A program made the translations under genes and the position numbers. A DNA stretch of 64,000 nucleotides, from contig LBRU01000002.1 in assembly GCA_000991575.1 (NCBI GenBank), positions 79,689-143,688 on the forward strand, written 5' to 3'. Position 1 is the stretch's first letter; each line of letters begins with the position of its first letter. Below are positions 40,350-49,712 of the stretch, in pieces. The notes below the pieces were generated by a model that had not been told where the DNA came from, did no database searches, and saw only the letters and a program-made list of their open reading frames with translations. Source of the DNA: a candidate division TM6 bacterium GW2011_GWE2_36_25 (GTDB lineage Bacteria; Babelota; Babeliae; Babelales; UBA12409).

Positions 40350-41515
40350 ACTAATTGATAAATACGATGCTTGCCAACCTTTATGTGCATCCCTTTAACC
40401 GGTTCAATTTTCGCTTTAAATTCTGTTGTAACGTTGCCATCAATTTGAACTGCACCTGATTGAATAAGTCTTTTTGCTTCAGAGGAACTTTCAATTGCTC
40501 CCAAATGCTTTAACAAGTCAACAATCCAGATTGGCGATTGATCGGGAAGCGGTTTTTCTTGTGCCTGACTATAATCTTTCTGTTCAAAAACAGCTTCAAA
40601 ATTCTGTTGCGCTTCTTCGGCATCTTTTTTTGACCAAAATTTTTCAAGAATGCCATGTGCTAATTGTTTTTTTAATTCTTTTGGATGTTCACCTTTTTGC
40701 ATCTTCTGAATTTCATTCTCTGTTTTATTTAACAGTAATTTGTAATAACGCCACATCAGATTATCTGATATCGACATCACTTTACCAAAAACTTCCGTCG
40801 GTGATTCTTTTAATCCTATATAATTATTGTAAGACTTAGACATTTTTTGTACGCCATCGAGACCTTCTAACAATGGCATTGTCATCACTACTTGTGGTTT
40901 TTGCTCAAATTGTTCTTGCAGCGTACGCCCACACAATAAATTGAATGTTTGATCAGTTCCACCAAGTTCAACATCAGCATTCAATACAACTGAATCATAT
41001 GCTTGTATTAATGGATATAATAATTCATGCAAACCAATCGGTTGTTGCTCTTTCAATCTTTTTTGAAAATCATCACGTTCTAAAATACGAGCAACGGTCA
41101 TCTTGCTACATAAATGTACAAAATCATTCGCATTAAGTTTACCAAGCCATTCTGAATTAAATTTAATGGCAATTTTTTTTGGATCTAAAATACAACCAAC
41201 TTGTTCAATATAGGTTTGTAAATTTTTTTTAATATCTTCTTCTGTTAATGGTGGTCTCGTTTTTGAGCGTCCCGTTGGATCGCCAATACGCGCGGTAAAA
41301 TCACCAATTAAAAAGACAACCTGATGCCCCAAATCTTGAAACTCTTTTAATTTTGAGAGAACTACCGCATGCCCCAAATGCAAATCAGGTGCCGTTGGAT
41401 CAACCCCTAATTTAATTATTAATGGCTTTCCCAAAGCTAATTTATTTTTAAACTCATCTTCAGGAATTATTTGCGCTACACCACAACTCAATTGATCGAA
41501 CTGACCTTCTTTCAT
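40346..41515 (-). CDS. tyrS: tyrosine--tRNA ligase
   Basis: HIGH-type PDLHLGHAVVL, KMSKS (VQKMSKSYNN) and a C-terminal S4-like domain. Confidence 0.92.
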   Translation of the reverse strand: MKEGQFDQLSCGVAQIIPEDEFKNKLALGKPLIIKLGVDPTAPDLHLGHAVVLSKLKEFQDLGHQVVFLIGDFTARIGDPTGRSKTRPPLTEEDIKKNLQTYIEQVGCILDPKKIAIKFNSEWLGKLNANDFVHLCSKMTVARILERDDFQKRLKEQQPIGLHELLYPLIQAYDSVVLNADVELGGTDQTFNLLCGRTLQEQFEQKPQVVMTMPLLEGLDGVQKMSKSYNNYIGLKESPTEVFGKVMSISDNLMWRYYKLLLNKTENEIQKMQKGEHPKELKKQLAHGILEKFWSKKDAEEAQQNFEAVFEQKDYSQAQEKPLPDQSPIWIVDLLKHLGAIESSSEAKRLIQSGAVQIDGNVTTEFKAKIEPVKGMHIKVGKHRIYQLV

Positions 41516-41522
41516 AGTTAAC

Positions 41523-42194
41523 CTAAATCGTTACGAAAATTTTTAATAAACTAATAAGTCCCCCATTAACTAATGAAACGAAACGGGACAATAATTGAAA
41601 TGAAACATCACGCAAAAGCAGTGCACCCAGTAACGGCAAAAATGTGAGCATAAAAGATTGATTAATCGAAATACCGCTCTTTTGACGTTCATAAATAAAA
41701 ATTTGTGTTAAGGCCATTAATAATTGATAGGGAACAAACCAGACCGAAAAACCAACTACTGCCTCAAAGATGTACTGGTATGCATGCAGCAACTCATTAA
41801 AACCAGTCTTAATAACAAAAACAATAAACAATAACCGCAACAAAACTAAAAAAATAAGCAATAACAAAATGGCCATTGGCTGCGAAACTGCAAGAAGCGT
41901 CAACTTTACCCAACGAAGTGGCTTGGAAATGTAATTCCATAAAATAGGAACAGGCTTGGATAAAGCTATAACAATTTTAAATAATAAAAAACCGATGGGC
42001 ATTAATACTAAACTAACAGGATCAATGTGAACAAAGGGATTCATGCTCATCATACCCAAATTGCGTGCTGTACTATCACCAAGCCTGTCTGCAATCCATG
42101 CCTGAAATGCTCCCGTTATACTTGCTAAAATTAAGTACGCCAAAACCAATGCAATCAATATTTTTACTGTTTCAATAACTTCTAAATTAATCAC
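41523..42194 (-). CDS. site-2 protease (M50/COG1994)-like membrane protein with degenerate catalytic motifs
   Basis: ITGAFQAWIADRLGDSTARNLGMMSMNPFVHIDP..LSKPVPI aligns by eye to the family pattern HExxHAxxAxxLGDxTAxxxGRLTLNPxxHxDP..AKPVPV, but HExxH is replaced by GAFQA and no LDG motif is seen. Confidence 0.6.
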   Translation of the reverse strand: MINLEVIETVKILIALVLAYLILASITGAFQAWIADRLGDSTARNLGMMSMNPFVHIDPVSLVLMPIGFLLFKIVIALSKPVPILWNYISKPLRWVKLTLLAVSQPMAILLLLIFLVLLRLLFIVFVIKTGFNELLHAYQYIFEAVVGFSVWFVPYQLLMALTQIFIYERQKSGISINQSFMLTFLPLLGALLLRDVSFQLLSRFVSLVNGGLISLLKIFVTI

Positions 42195-42323
42195 CGTTAC
42201 TCCGCTAAGAATTATTTACAACAAGTACTTTAAGTTTAGAAAAAATGGACAAGCGGGTCAATTTGATTATCTTGAGAAAAATGAGAACTCACGTAGAATA
42301 AACAAGAAAATAGTAGGATAAGC

Positions 42324-44531
42324 GTGAAAAAAACGTTGCAAAAACTGTTACCTATATTCATCCCATTCGGATTGGCAATCATCACTTTTTTAGTTTACTT
42401 TCCATCATTATATTATGCGTTTCAATTCGACGATGAACCGAGTATTTTAAATTTTTATCATATTCGTCATAAAACATTTTCAGACCTGTTTTTCTCATCT
42501 AGCCGTTGGGTAAGTTATTGGCTTAATACAATCCATTATAAATTGAGCCAATTTGAACCATTCGTTTATCGAAGAACCAACGTATTTTTCCACTGCCTCA
42601 CCGGCGTTCTTATCTTTATTTTATTATCATCACTTCTTAAATTAAGATCCAAAGAATCATGGCTTCACAAATATAACTATTTAATCGCAGGCCTAACAAG
42701 CGGTCTTTTTTTATTACACCCAGTACAAACGCAAACGGTATCTTATGTTATTCAAGGACAACTTGAAGGACTTTCAGCATTCTTCTGTTTTGCGATCGCA
42801 GTCTGCTTTTTTTATTTCACTCAGGTACAATCATTGATTTTAAAGGTCTTTCTCACGCTCTTAATTACAAGCCTTTGCGTAATTGGTTGCGGAACCAAAG
42901 AAATAACTATTATCTTGCCATTTTTGATTCCACTGATTGATTGGTTTTTCATTGCGCAAGGAAATTGGCATGCATTAAAAAAACGAATCTGGCTTTACAT
43001 TCTTATTGCAACTACAATTTGGGGATGTTATCTCTGGCTTTTAGGTAAAAATTTCTTTATAAACGTCTTGTCCTTAAGTGTTGAGCATCAAAATACAATT
43101 GGCAACATCATTAACCCTACCGGGGAAAAAATTACTACGTGGCCATTTTTCATTTCACAATTTAAAGTTATTTTGCATTACCTCTTTATGTTTATCTGGC
43201 CATTTAATATCTGCGTTGATTATGATTGGAAAATTTGTGGCAGCGTTAATACACCCGATTGCATATTGCCACTCATTGGACTACTGATTATTGGTTTAAC
43301 AATTTTATTCGCTCTTAAAAAAAATCGCATCAGTTTATATGCTTTTGGCATGCTCTGGTTCTTTATTTGCATGGCACCACGATCAACAATAATGCCCTCA
43401 ACCGAACTCTTGGCTGATTATAAAACTTATCTTGCTTCATTTGGCTGGCTCTTTGTCATCACTATCTTTCTCATTCATGCATATTCGTGGCTTATGAAGA
43501 AATATTCTTTTCTCAAAAATCAACGCATCATCATCTCAGTTATCATGACGGGAATAGCAGCGCTCAGCATTATGACGTATCAAAGAAATAAAGTTTGGCG
43601 TTCTGGACTTGAATTTTGGCACGATATTATACAAAAGTCACCAACTAAAGCACGTGGTTACAATAATTATGGCATCCAATTAATTGAAAGAGATGATATC
43701 AAAAATGCAATTTGGTGTTTCAAACATGCTATTCAACTCGAACCATACACATATCCCGATCCATACAATAATTTATCAGCAGCTTATGCAATTCAAAACC
43801 AATTTGATTTAGCCATCAAAGCTTTACGCGCAAGCCTTAAAATTAATCCAGGACAACCACGGTCTTATAATAATCTAGGACTCTACTTGCGCAAACAAGG
43901 AGAAGAAGAATGGGCCGAACGTTCTTACCAACAAGCAATTTTAATCAACCCTCATTATGGAAAAGCTTATTACAATTTAGGCAAATTGTATGTTGATCAA
44001 AATCGCATGACAGAAGCACATGAAGCATTTAAAAATGCATGCACTCAGGCCGATTATGATTCACACATAGAAGCTCTTCAGGAATATGGTCATACAAGTA
44101 TGCACTGCAAAAAATATTCTGACGCAATACAGGCTTATACAACACTCTGTCAACTGCAACCAAATAATATTGAAAATACGCAAACACTCGCAGATGCATA
44201 TTTAATGAATCAAGAATATAATGAAGCATTACAACAATATCAACACATTAAACAGATCAATCCGTATGATACGCAATTAAATTGCAACATGATTGAATGT
44301 TTAATTCAACTTAAACAACCAGAAAACGCCTTATCAATTATAGACAAGCTTGAACAACAATCACAAAAATATCGGATGATGTCCTTACACAAAGCGCGCG
44401 CATTATATATGCTCGGTGATATCAGACGCGCACAACTAGAACTTTATGATGCACTTCATTATGCGCAAGACCGCCAAATAAAACATTTAGCACAACAAAT
44501 CTTGCAACAAATTGAAAAAGAAGAAAAATAA
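42324..44531 (+). CDS. TMTC-like polytopic membrane protein with C-terminal TPR array
   Basis: GTG start. The N-terminal half is about 10 TM segments with FQFDDEPSILNF, and the C-terminal half is about 300 aa of TPR repeats (YNNLG.., YYNLGKLY..). Confidence 0.7.
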   Translation: MKKTLQKLLPIFIPFGLAIITFLVYFPSLYYAFQFDDEPSILNFYHIRHKTFSDLFFSSSRWVSYWLNTIHYKLSQFEPFVYRRTNVFFHCLTGVLIFILLSSLLKLRSKESWLHKYNYLIAGLTSGLFLLHPVQTQTVSYVIQGQLEGLSAFFCFAIAVCFFYFTQVQSLILKVFLTLLITSLCVIGCGTKEITIILPFLIPLIDWFFIAQGNWHALKKRIWLYILIATTIWGCYLWLLGKNFFINVLSLSVEHQNTIGNIINPTGEKITTWPFFISQFKVILHYLFMFIWPFNICVDYDWKICGSVNTPDCILPLIGLLIIGLTILFALKKNRISLYAFGMLWFFICMAPRSTIMPSTELLADYKTYLASFGWLFVITIFLIHAYSWLMKKYSFLKNQRIIISVIMTGIAALSIMTYQRNKVWRSGLEFWHDIIQKSPTKARGYNNYGIQLIERDDIKNAIWCFKHAIQLEPYTYPDPYNNLSAAYAIQNQFDLAIKALRASLKINPGQPRSYNNLGLYLRKQGEEEWAERSYQQAILINPHYGKAYYNLGKLYVDQNRMTEAHEAFKNACTQADYDSHIEALQEYGHTSMHCKKYSDAIQAYTTLCQLQPNNIENTQTLADAYLMNQEYNEALQQYQHIKQINPYDTQLNCNMIECLIQLKQPENALSIIDKLEQQSQKYRMMSLHKARALYMLGDIRRAQLELYDALHYAQDRQIKHLAQQILQQIEKEEK

Positions 44532-44557
44532 ATTGATATCAGGTATAATAATTTATT

Positions 44558-47017
44558 ATGGATAAAACATATACGTACCAAACTGCAGAGCAAGAAATTA
44601 AAGAGCTCTGGGAAAAAGAAAAAATTTATACATTTAATCCTGATGGCAAAAAAATTTTTAGCATCGATACGCCACCACCAACGGTCTCAGGATCGCTGCA
44701 TCTTGGCCACATATTTTCTTACACACATGCTGATATTATTGCACGCTTCAATCGCATGAAAGGCTTTGAAGTCTTTTATCCATTTGGCTTTGATGATAAC
44801 GGATTGCCAACAGAACGATATGTTGAAAAAAAGCGAAAAGTCAGTCCATTTGGCGTTGGCCGTTCAGAATTTATTAAGATCTGTCTAGAAGAAACAGCTG
44901 AAGCAGAACAAAAATTCAAAAATCTGTGGCAAGCCGTTGGGCTCTCGGTCGATTGGAAATTATGGTATTCAACGATCTCAACAAATGTCCGAAAAATTTC
45001 TCAAGAATCATTCATTAAATTATATGAAAAAGGATTCATTTATCGTAAAAATGAACCAGCCCTCTATTGCCCACAATGTCGAACTTCCGTCGCCCAAGCT
45101 GAACTTGATGATCAGGACATTGAAACAACCTTCAATGATATTGTTTTTATTACATCAAAGGGTGAAAAATTAATTATCAGTACCACACGGCCCGAACTGC
45201 TTGCATCATGTGTTGCACTATTTTATCATCCTAAAGATAAACGTTACCAACATCTTAGAGGACAAAAAGCGATTGTCCCTCTTTACGAATATGAAGTTCC
45301 TATTTTTGCTGATGAAAAAGTTGATCAGGAAAAGGGCTCTGGCCTTGTCATGTGCTGCACATTTGGTGATAAAACCGATATTCAATGGTACCAGCAACAT
45401 AAACTCCCTTATCGCGAGTCAATTGGCCGTGATGGTAAATGGACAAAAATAACCGGTCCTCTTGAAGGGCTCAAAGTTATTGAAGCCCGCAAACAAATGA
45501 TTGAATTGCTTAAAGAAAAAGGCCTCCTGGTTAACCAAAAAAACATTCATCATGCCGTCAATATTCATGAACGATGCAAACATGCAATCGAATATATTAT
45601 TCTTCCGCAATGGTTTTTAAATATTTTAGAAAATAAAAAAGAGTTTCTCGCCGCAGCAGATAAAATAGAATGGTACCCAACTTACATGAAGTCACGTTAC
45701 ATCAACTGGGTTGAAAATCTCAATTGGGACTGGTGCCTTTCCCGCCAACGTTTTTATGGCATTCCATTTCCTGTTTGGTATTGCAAAGCATGCGATGAGG
45801 TTCTCTTGCCAGAAATAAACGATCTGCCTGTTGATCCTCAAGAGACTCAGTATCCCGAAAAGTGTCCAAAATGTAAGAGCACCGATATTGTTCCTGATAC
45901 TGACATTATGGACACGTGGAATACCTCTTCGTTAACACCGTATATTTGCGCTTCATTATTAGATAAAAACAGAGATGTATTTTCGCAAGAAATAACAAAA
46001 ACGTTTTTTCCAATGTCGATGCGCCCCCAAGCACATGACATTATTCGCACATGGGCATTTTACACGATTGTAAAAACAACCCTCCACAACAATATAATCC
46101 CCTGGAATTCTATCGTTATCTCTGGGCACGTACTCAGTTCAACATCAGAAAAAATCTCTAAATCACAAAAACATTCAATCCCTGCACCTGAAAAATTACT
46201 CGAACAATGGTCTGCCGATGCAATTAGATTCTGGACTGCGTCTGCAACGTTAGGAACTGATGTTGCATTCTCTGAACCACAACTCAAAATTGGACAACGA
46301 TTAGTAACAAAACTCTGGAATGCCTTCCGCTTCATGCATCAACATGTAGAAAATTTCACACCGCAAGACGAAAAAGTTCAATGTGATCCAGTTAATGAGT
46401 GGATTTTGCACAAAATGAGCGAAACATTTAACGCATTTGAAAAAGAACTTAATAAAAAAGAATTCAGTTTAGCCCTTAACCGTATTGATTCATTTTTCTG
46501 GAATGATTTTTGCGATAATTACCTTGAACTCATCAAAAATAGACTCTTTAATCCTGACCAATATGATCAACAAGAAATAGAATCGACAAAAGAGGCGTTA
46601 TATTGGGTTGGTTTACGCATTTTACAACTCTATGCACCATTTTTACCGTTCATCACAGAGCAGCTGTATCAACATCTTTATCGCAAACATCTCAATGCTG
46701 CATCGATTCATTGCACAAATTTTAATGAGATTCAAAAAGATTTTACTTTTACTCAATCTGCACAAGAAATTGAACAGATTATTGATATTGTTGCACGCGT
46801 AAGAAAAATAAAAACAACTGGTCAACTCTCATTAGGTACACCAATAACGACATTAACGATCTGCACACAACAAGAAGACCTTCCTGTATTAATACAAAAA
46901 CATCTTCAGCTTCTCAAAGGAATAACACGTGCAGAAGATATTGTATTAAGTACCAAAATGGAAGAAGACTCAGTGCAGAAAGAAGAAAATAACTATTCGA
47001 TGATAATCAATTTATAG
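44558..47017 (+). CDS. valS: valine--tRNA ligase
   Basis: PPPTVSGSLHLGH, DWCLSRQRFYGIPFPVW and KISKSQ (KMSKS) in 819 aa. Confidence 0.88.
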   Translation: MDKTYTYQTAEQEIKELWEKEKIYTFNPDGKKIFSIDTPPPTVSGSLHLGHIFSYTHADIIARFNRMKGFEVFYPFGFDDNGLPTERYVEKKRKVSPFGVGRSEFIKICLEETAEAEQKFKNLWQAVGLSVDWKLWYSTISTNVRKISQESFIKLYEKGFIYRKNEPALYCPQCRTSVAQAELDDQDIETTFNDIVFITSKGEKLIISTTRPELLASCVALFYHPKDKRYQHLRGQKAIVPLYEYEVPIFADEKVDQEKGSGLVMCCTFGDKTDIQWYQQHKLPYRESIGRDGKWTKITGPLEGLKVIEARKQMIELLKEKGLLVNQKNIHHAVNIHERCKHAIEYIILPQWFLNILENKKEFLAAADKIEWYPTYMKSRYINWVENLNWDWCLSRQRFYGIPFPVWYCKACDEVLLPEINDLPVDPQETQYPEKCPKCKSTDIVPDTDIMDTWNTSSLTPYICASLLDKNRDVFSQEITKTFFPMSMRPQAHDIIRTWAFYTIVKTTLHNNIIPWNSIVISGHVLSSTSEKISKSQKHSIPAPEKLLEQWSADAIRFWTASATLGTDVAFSEPQLKIGQRLVTKLWNAFRFMHQHVENFTPQDEKVQCDPVNEWILHKMSETFNAFEKELNKKEFSLALNRIDSFFWNDFCDNYLELIKNRLFNPDQYDQQEIESTKEALYWVGLRILQLYAPFLPFITEQLYQHLYRKHLNAASIHCTNFNEIQKDFTFTQSAQEIEQIIDIVARVRKIKTTGQLSLGTPITTLTICTQQEDLPVLIQKHLQLLKGITRAEDIVLSTKMEEDSVQKEENNYSMIINL

Positions 47018-47062
47018 ACATTCATATTTTACATGAAGAACAAGCAGTTTTTTAATTAATCA

Positions 47063-47193
47063 TTCGCACTTGTCGAAGGGAACTTGTTTATTCATCCTGC
47101 GTGTTATCGAAAGATTAGCATCCTGGTTTAAAGGGGACCCGTGCGCCATAGCCTAGACGACGGCGAAACAAGCACCCCTTAAAAGTATTTTTG
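47063..47193 (+). ncRNA. candidate small RNA or structured valS 3' region (unassigned family)
   Basis: A GC-rich island between convergent genes. There is a possible promoter TTTACA(47028)-17 nt-TTTAAT(47051). A long imperfect hairpin spans 47131-47180 (AAGGG..GTGC..GCC / GGC..GCAC..CCCTT), followed by AAAAGTATTTTTG. Confidence 0.25.
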
Positions 47194-47249
47194 ATAGAAA
47201 AAATAAATAGTTGTACGTCAAAACATAATCAAAATGTTTTACCTATAGC

Positions 47250-48389
47250 CTAAGAATATAACATTCCCAAATCATCAGGAGCAGCTTCTGACTTTTCCAC
47301 CTTCCGCAATTCTGCAAAAAGAAGACCTTCCGTTATTGCATCAAGATCCGCATAAACGGTAGATAGAGCTGCATTTGAAATCACCGCCTCTATATCAGCA
47401 GGTGAAAACCCATGAGATTCCTCGCTTAATCTTTCTATGGTCTTATCGCGATTTTCTCCACTAAAAGGATATTTATCCAAGTAAAATTTAAAGATTTCTG
47501 TACGACCCTTTTTATCCGGAAGAGGTATTTCAATTTTAAAGTTAAATCTACCATTACGCTTTAAGGCTGGATCAATAGATTTTGGCATATTAGTAGCAGC
47601 CATTAAAATTACCTTTCCCTTCTGCTCAAAACCATCCAATTCTGTAATTAAAGCATCTACGACTCCGTTCGAATCATGATGGTCTGCATCAGTAGAACGC
47701 ACACTACCAATACCATCAATCTCATCTATAAAGACAATCGAAAATGGCTTATCCTGATCATCAGCAGCTTTCCGAGCTTGTGCAAAGGTCATTTTAATCG
47801 CTTTTTCGCTCTCACCGATATATTTAGAAAGAATATCTTGAGCAGAAACATAAAAAAACGGAACATCTGCCTCAGAAGCTACAGCTCTTGCCAACAACGT
47901 CTTGCCCGTCCCCGGTGCACCAGAAAGCAAAATTCCTTTTGAAAAACTCACACCAAATTCCGTATATTTTGATGGATTCTTCAAATAATCTACCAATATA
48001 CGAACTTGGTAGGGAATTTCACCAACAATATCCTCAAATGTGGTTTGTTGCATTTTCTCCGATAGCGATTTCTCAGCCATTCGCCGTTCAATATGATCAA
48101 GAATATCATGAAATGACTTTTCTTCTGCTCGTTTCATATCAGTCCCAATATCTCTTACTGCATAAATACCCAGTACAACAGCACTCAAAACAGAGGCACT
48201 TAGTCCTCTGTAACCAAGCTTAAAATCCATGGCAGCCTTTGCCAAGGCAACGCCCGACAGGCCCGCTTTTAAAGTATTTGCAATTGAAAGGTGACGCCAT
48301 GCCTGAGTGATACCACCCAAAAACCCCGCCTGTACTACCGATAAACCCAACAACATATTGGCTAACAAACAAATTTTTGCTAATTTCAT
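47250..48389 (-). CDS. membrane-anchored classical-clade AAA+ ATPase (FtsH-like AAA module, no protease domain)
   Basis: ATG at 48389 follows GGAGG. The N-terminal region is hydrophobic. Walker A GAPGTGKTLLARA, Walker B IVFIDEIDG and second region of homology RNGRFNF are present. Confidence 0.85.
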   Translation of the reverse strand: MKLAKICLLANMLLGLSVVQAGFLGGITQAWRHLSIANTLKAGLSGVALAKAAMDFKLGYRGLSASVLSAVVLGIYAVRDIGTDMKRAEEKSFHDILDHIERRMAEKSLSEKMQQTTFEDIVGEIPYQVRILVDYLKNPSKYTEFGVSFSKGILLSGAPGTGKTLLARAVASEADVPFFYVSAQDILSKYIGESEKAIKMTFAQARKAADDQDKPFSIVFIDEIDGIGSVRSTDADHHDSNGVVDALITELDGFEQKGKVILMAATNMPKSIDPALKRNGRFNFKIEIPLPDKKGRTEIFKFYLDKYPFSGENRDKTIERLSEESHGFSPADIEAVISNAALSTVYADLDAITEGLLFAELRKVEKSEAAPDDLGMLYS

Positions 48390-48468
48390 TATAATAACCT
48401 CCATCTTATCTACTAGATAAGAAAAATAATACTAACAGCATTTACAATATAAATATATTAACATAAAT

Positions 48469-48942
48469 ATGCAGAAGGTCAAGAAAAAAGATATGGCCGT
48501 ATTAATAAAAAACAAGCAACGAAAAGTCGTCATTGAAAACGATTATCTGAAAAAAAACATTCAAAAAGTCCTTGCTTATTTAGAGTATCCTAATTACGAT
48601 ATCGGGCTCTGGATAACAACTAATGCAACGATAAGAAAATATAACAAACAATATCGAGAAAGAGATAAAGCAACAAGCATTCTCTCATTCTCTTTTCACC
48701 CAAAGCTCAAGCCTGGCAAGAAAATCAGGCCGAAAACAGATGCTGATAAAAATTTAGGTGATTTAATTATTTCAGCAGAATTTATTAAAAAAGACGCACC
48801 AAATTGGAATCAAACCTTCAATGAACGCTTGAATGCGACTATCGTACATGGAATTTGTCACTTGTTAGGATACACACATAAAAGCGATCAAGCCTTTGGA
48901 AAAATGCAAAAGAAAGAAAGGGAGCTTTTAGCTTTGCTTTAA
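48469..48942 (+). CDS. ybeY: rRNA maturation endoribonuclease YbeY
   Basis: HGICHLLGYTH zinc motif, 157 aa. Confidence 0.85.
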   Translation: MQKVKKKDMAVLIKNKQRKVVIENDYLKKNIQKVLAYLEYPNYDIGLWITTNATIRKYNKQYRERDKATSILSFSFHPKLKPGKKIRPKTDADKNLGDLIISAEFIKKDAPNWNQTFNERLNATIVHGICHLLGYTHKSDQAFGKMQKKERELLALL

Positions 48943-49001
48943 AAAGTCTTTTCAATAATCCTCAATCATATTTATACTATTTTTAATCACAAAGGAGGAT
49001 T

Positions 49002-49712
49002 ATGAAAAATTTTTTATTTTTAACAACTTTTTTTGTTCCCTTAATCAGCTCATCATCAAAAAACGTTAACCTGCAAAGTACCTTAAGCGCCAATCCTACT
49101 ATAAATGTCTATGCTAACTCTGCCAGCACTATTATTTTTCCCACCGAACCATTTCAAAAAGGCTTTCAACACCTTAATAGTCATAAACTTAAATATATTG
49201 CCGCCGTTTGCGGTGTAAGTTATGTCATATTCACCGGCAGATTACTTTATATCAAACATATTATGAACGACCCCAAACGGTGGAATAATCTATATACGGG
49301 CATCCCCTTAAAAAAATTAGCAGAAATACCCAAAGAAACTTTTTATCAACAATTAAATGATGAAATTGCAGCACGTTATGATATACCCAATTCAAATATC
49401 TTGATGAGCGTATCACAATTTTTTAAAGAAACTGGCCACGAAATCGATTTACTTAAATATTATTCATCAATGGGCTATTGGCTCTCGTTATTCAAAATAA
49501 ATCTACCCTTTTTTGTCACCTCAACAAGCATCAAAAATGCACAAATTAAAATAAAGAGATTGCTTTATTTTAGGACTATCATAGCCAATAGATTAGAACC
49601 TGAAAATAGTATTCGCCGCTTAAATCTTATCGATACCTATCGAAATATTATTATTAATGCGTGCCGAAAACTCCGATCTTGGATGCCACGTGCTTTAAAT
49701 CGTCATCAGTAA
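49002..49712 (+). CDS. hypothetical protein with signal peptide and one internal TM segment
   Basis: GGAGG RBS. No family recognised. The last 59 nt overlap the convergent MCE gene. Confidence 0.45.
   Translation: MKNFLFLTTFFVPLISSSSKNVNLQSTLSANPTINVYANSASTIIFPTEPFQKGFQHLNSHKLKYIAAVCGVSYVIFTGRLLYIKHIMNDPKRWNNLYTGIPLKKLAEIPKETFYQQLNDEIAARYDIPNSNILMSVSQFFKETGHEIDLLKYYSSMGYWLSLFKINLPFFVTSTSIKNAQIKIKRLLYFRTIIANRLEPENSIRRLNLIDTYRNIIINACRKLRSWMPRALNRHQ

Noticed and set aside
40474-40839. 121-aa plus-strand ORF
   Set aside because: It is antisense to tyrS.
47060-47190. SRP RNA, tRNA or tmRNA in the valS-downstream island
   Set aside because: There is a GAAA tetraloop followed by an AGCA tetranucleotide, but the flanking strands (CCTGCGTGTTATC versus GATTAGCATCCTGG) cannot pair. 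There is no T-loop or acceptor stem, and the region is too short for tmRNA or RNase P RNA.
47676-48223. Plus-strand ORFs 47676-47942 and 47888-48223
   Set aside because: They are antisense to the AAA ATPase gene, with no motifs or RBS.
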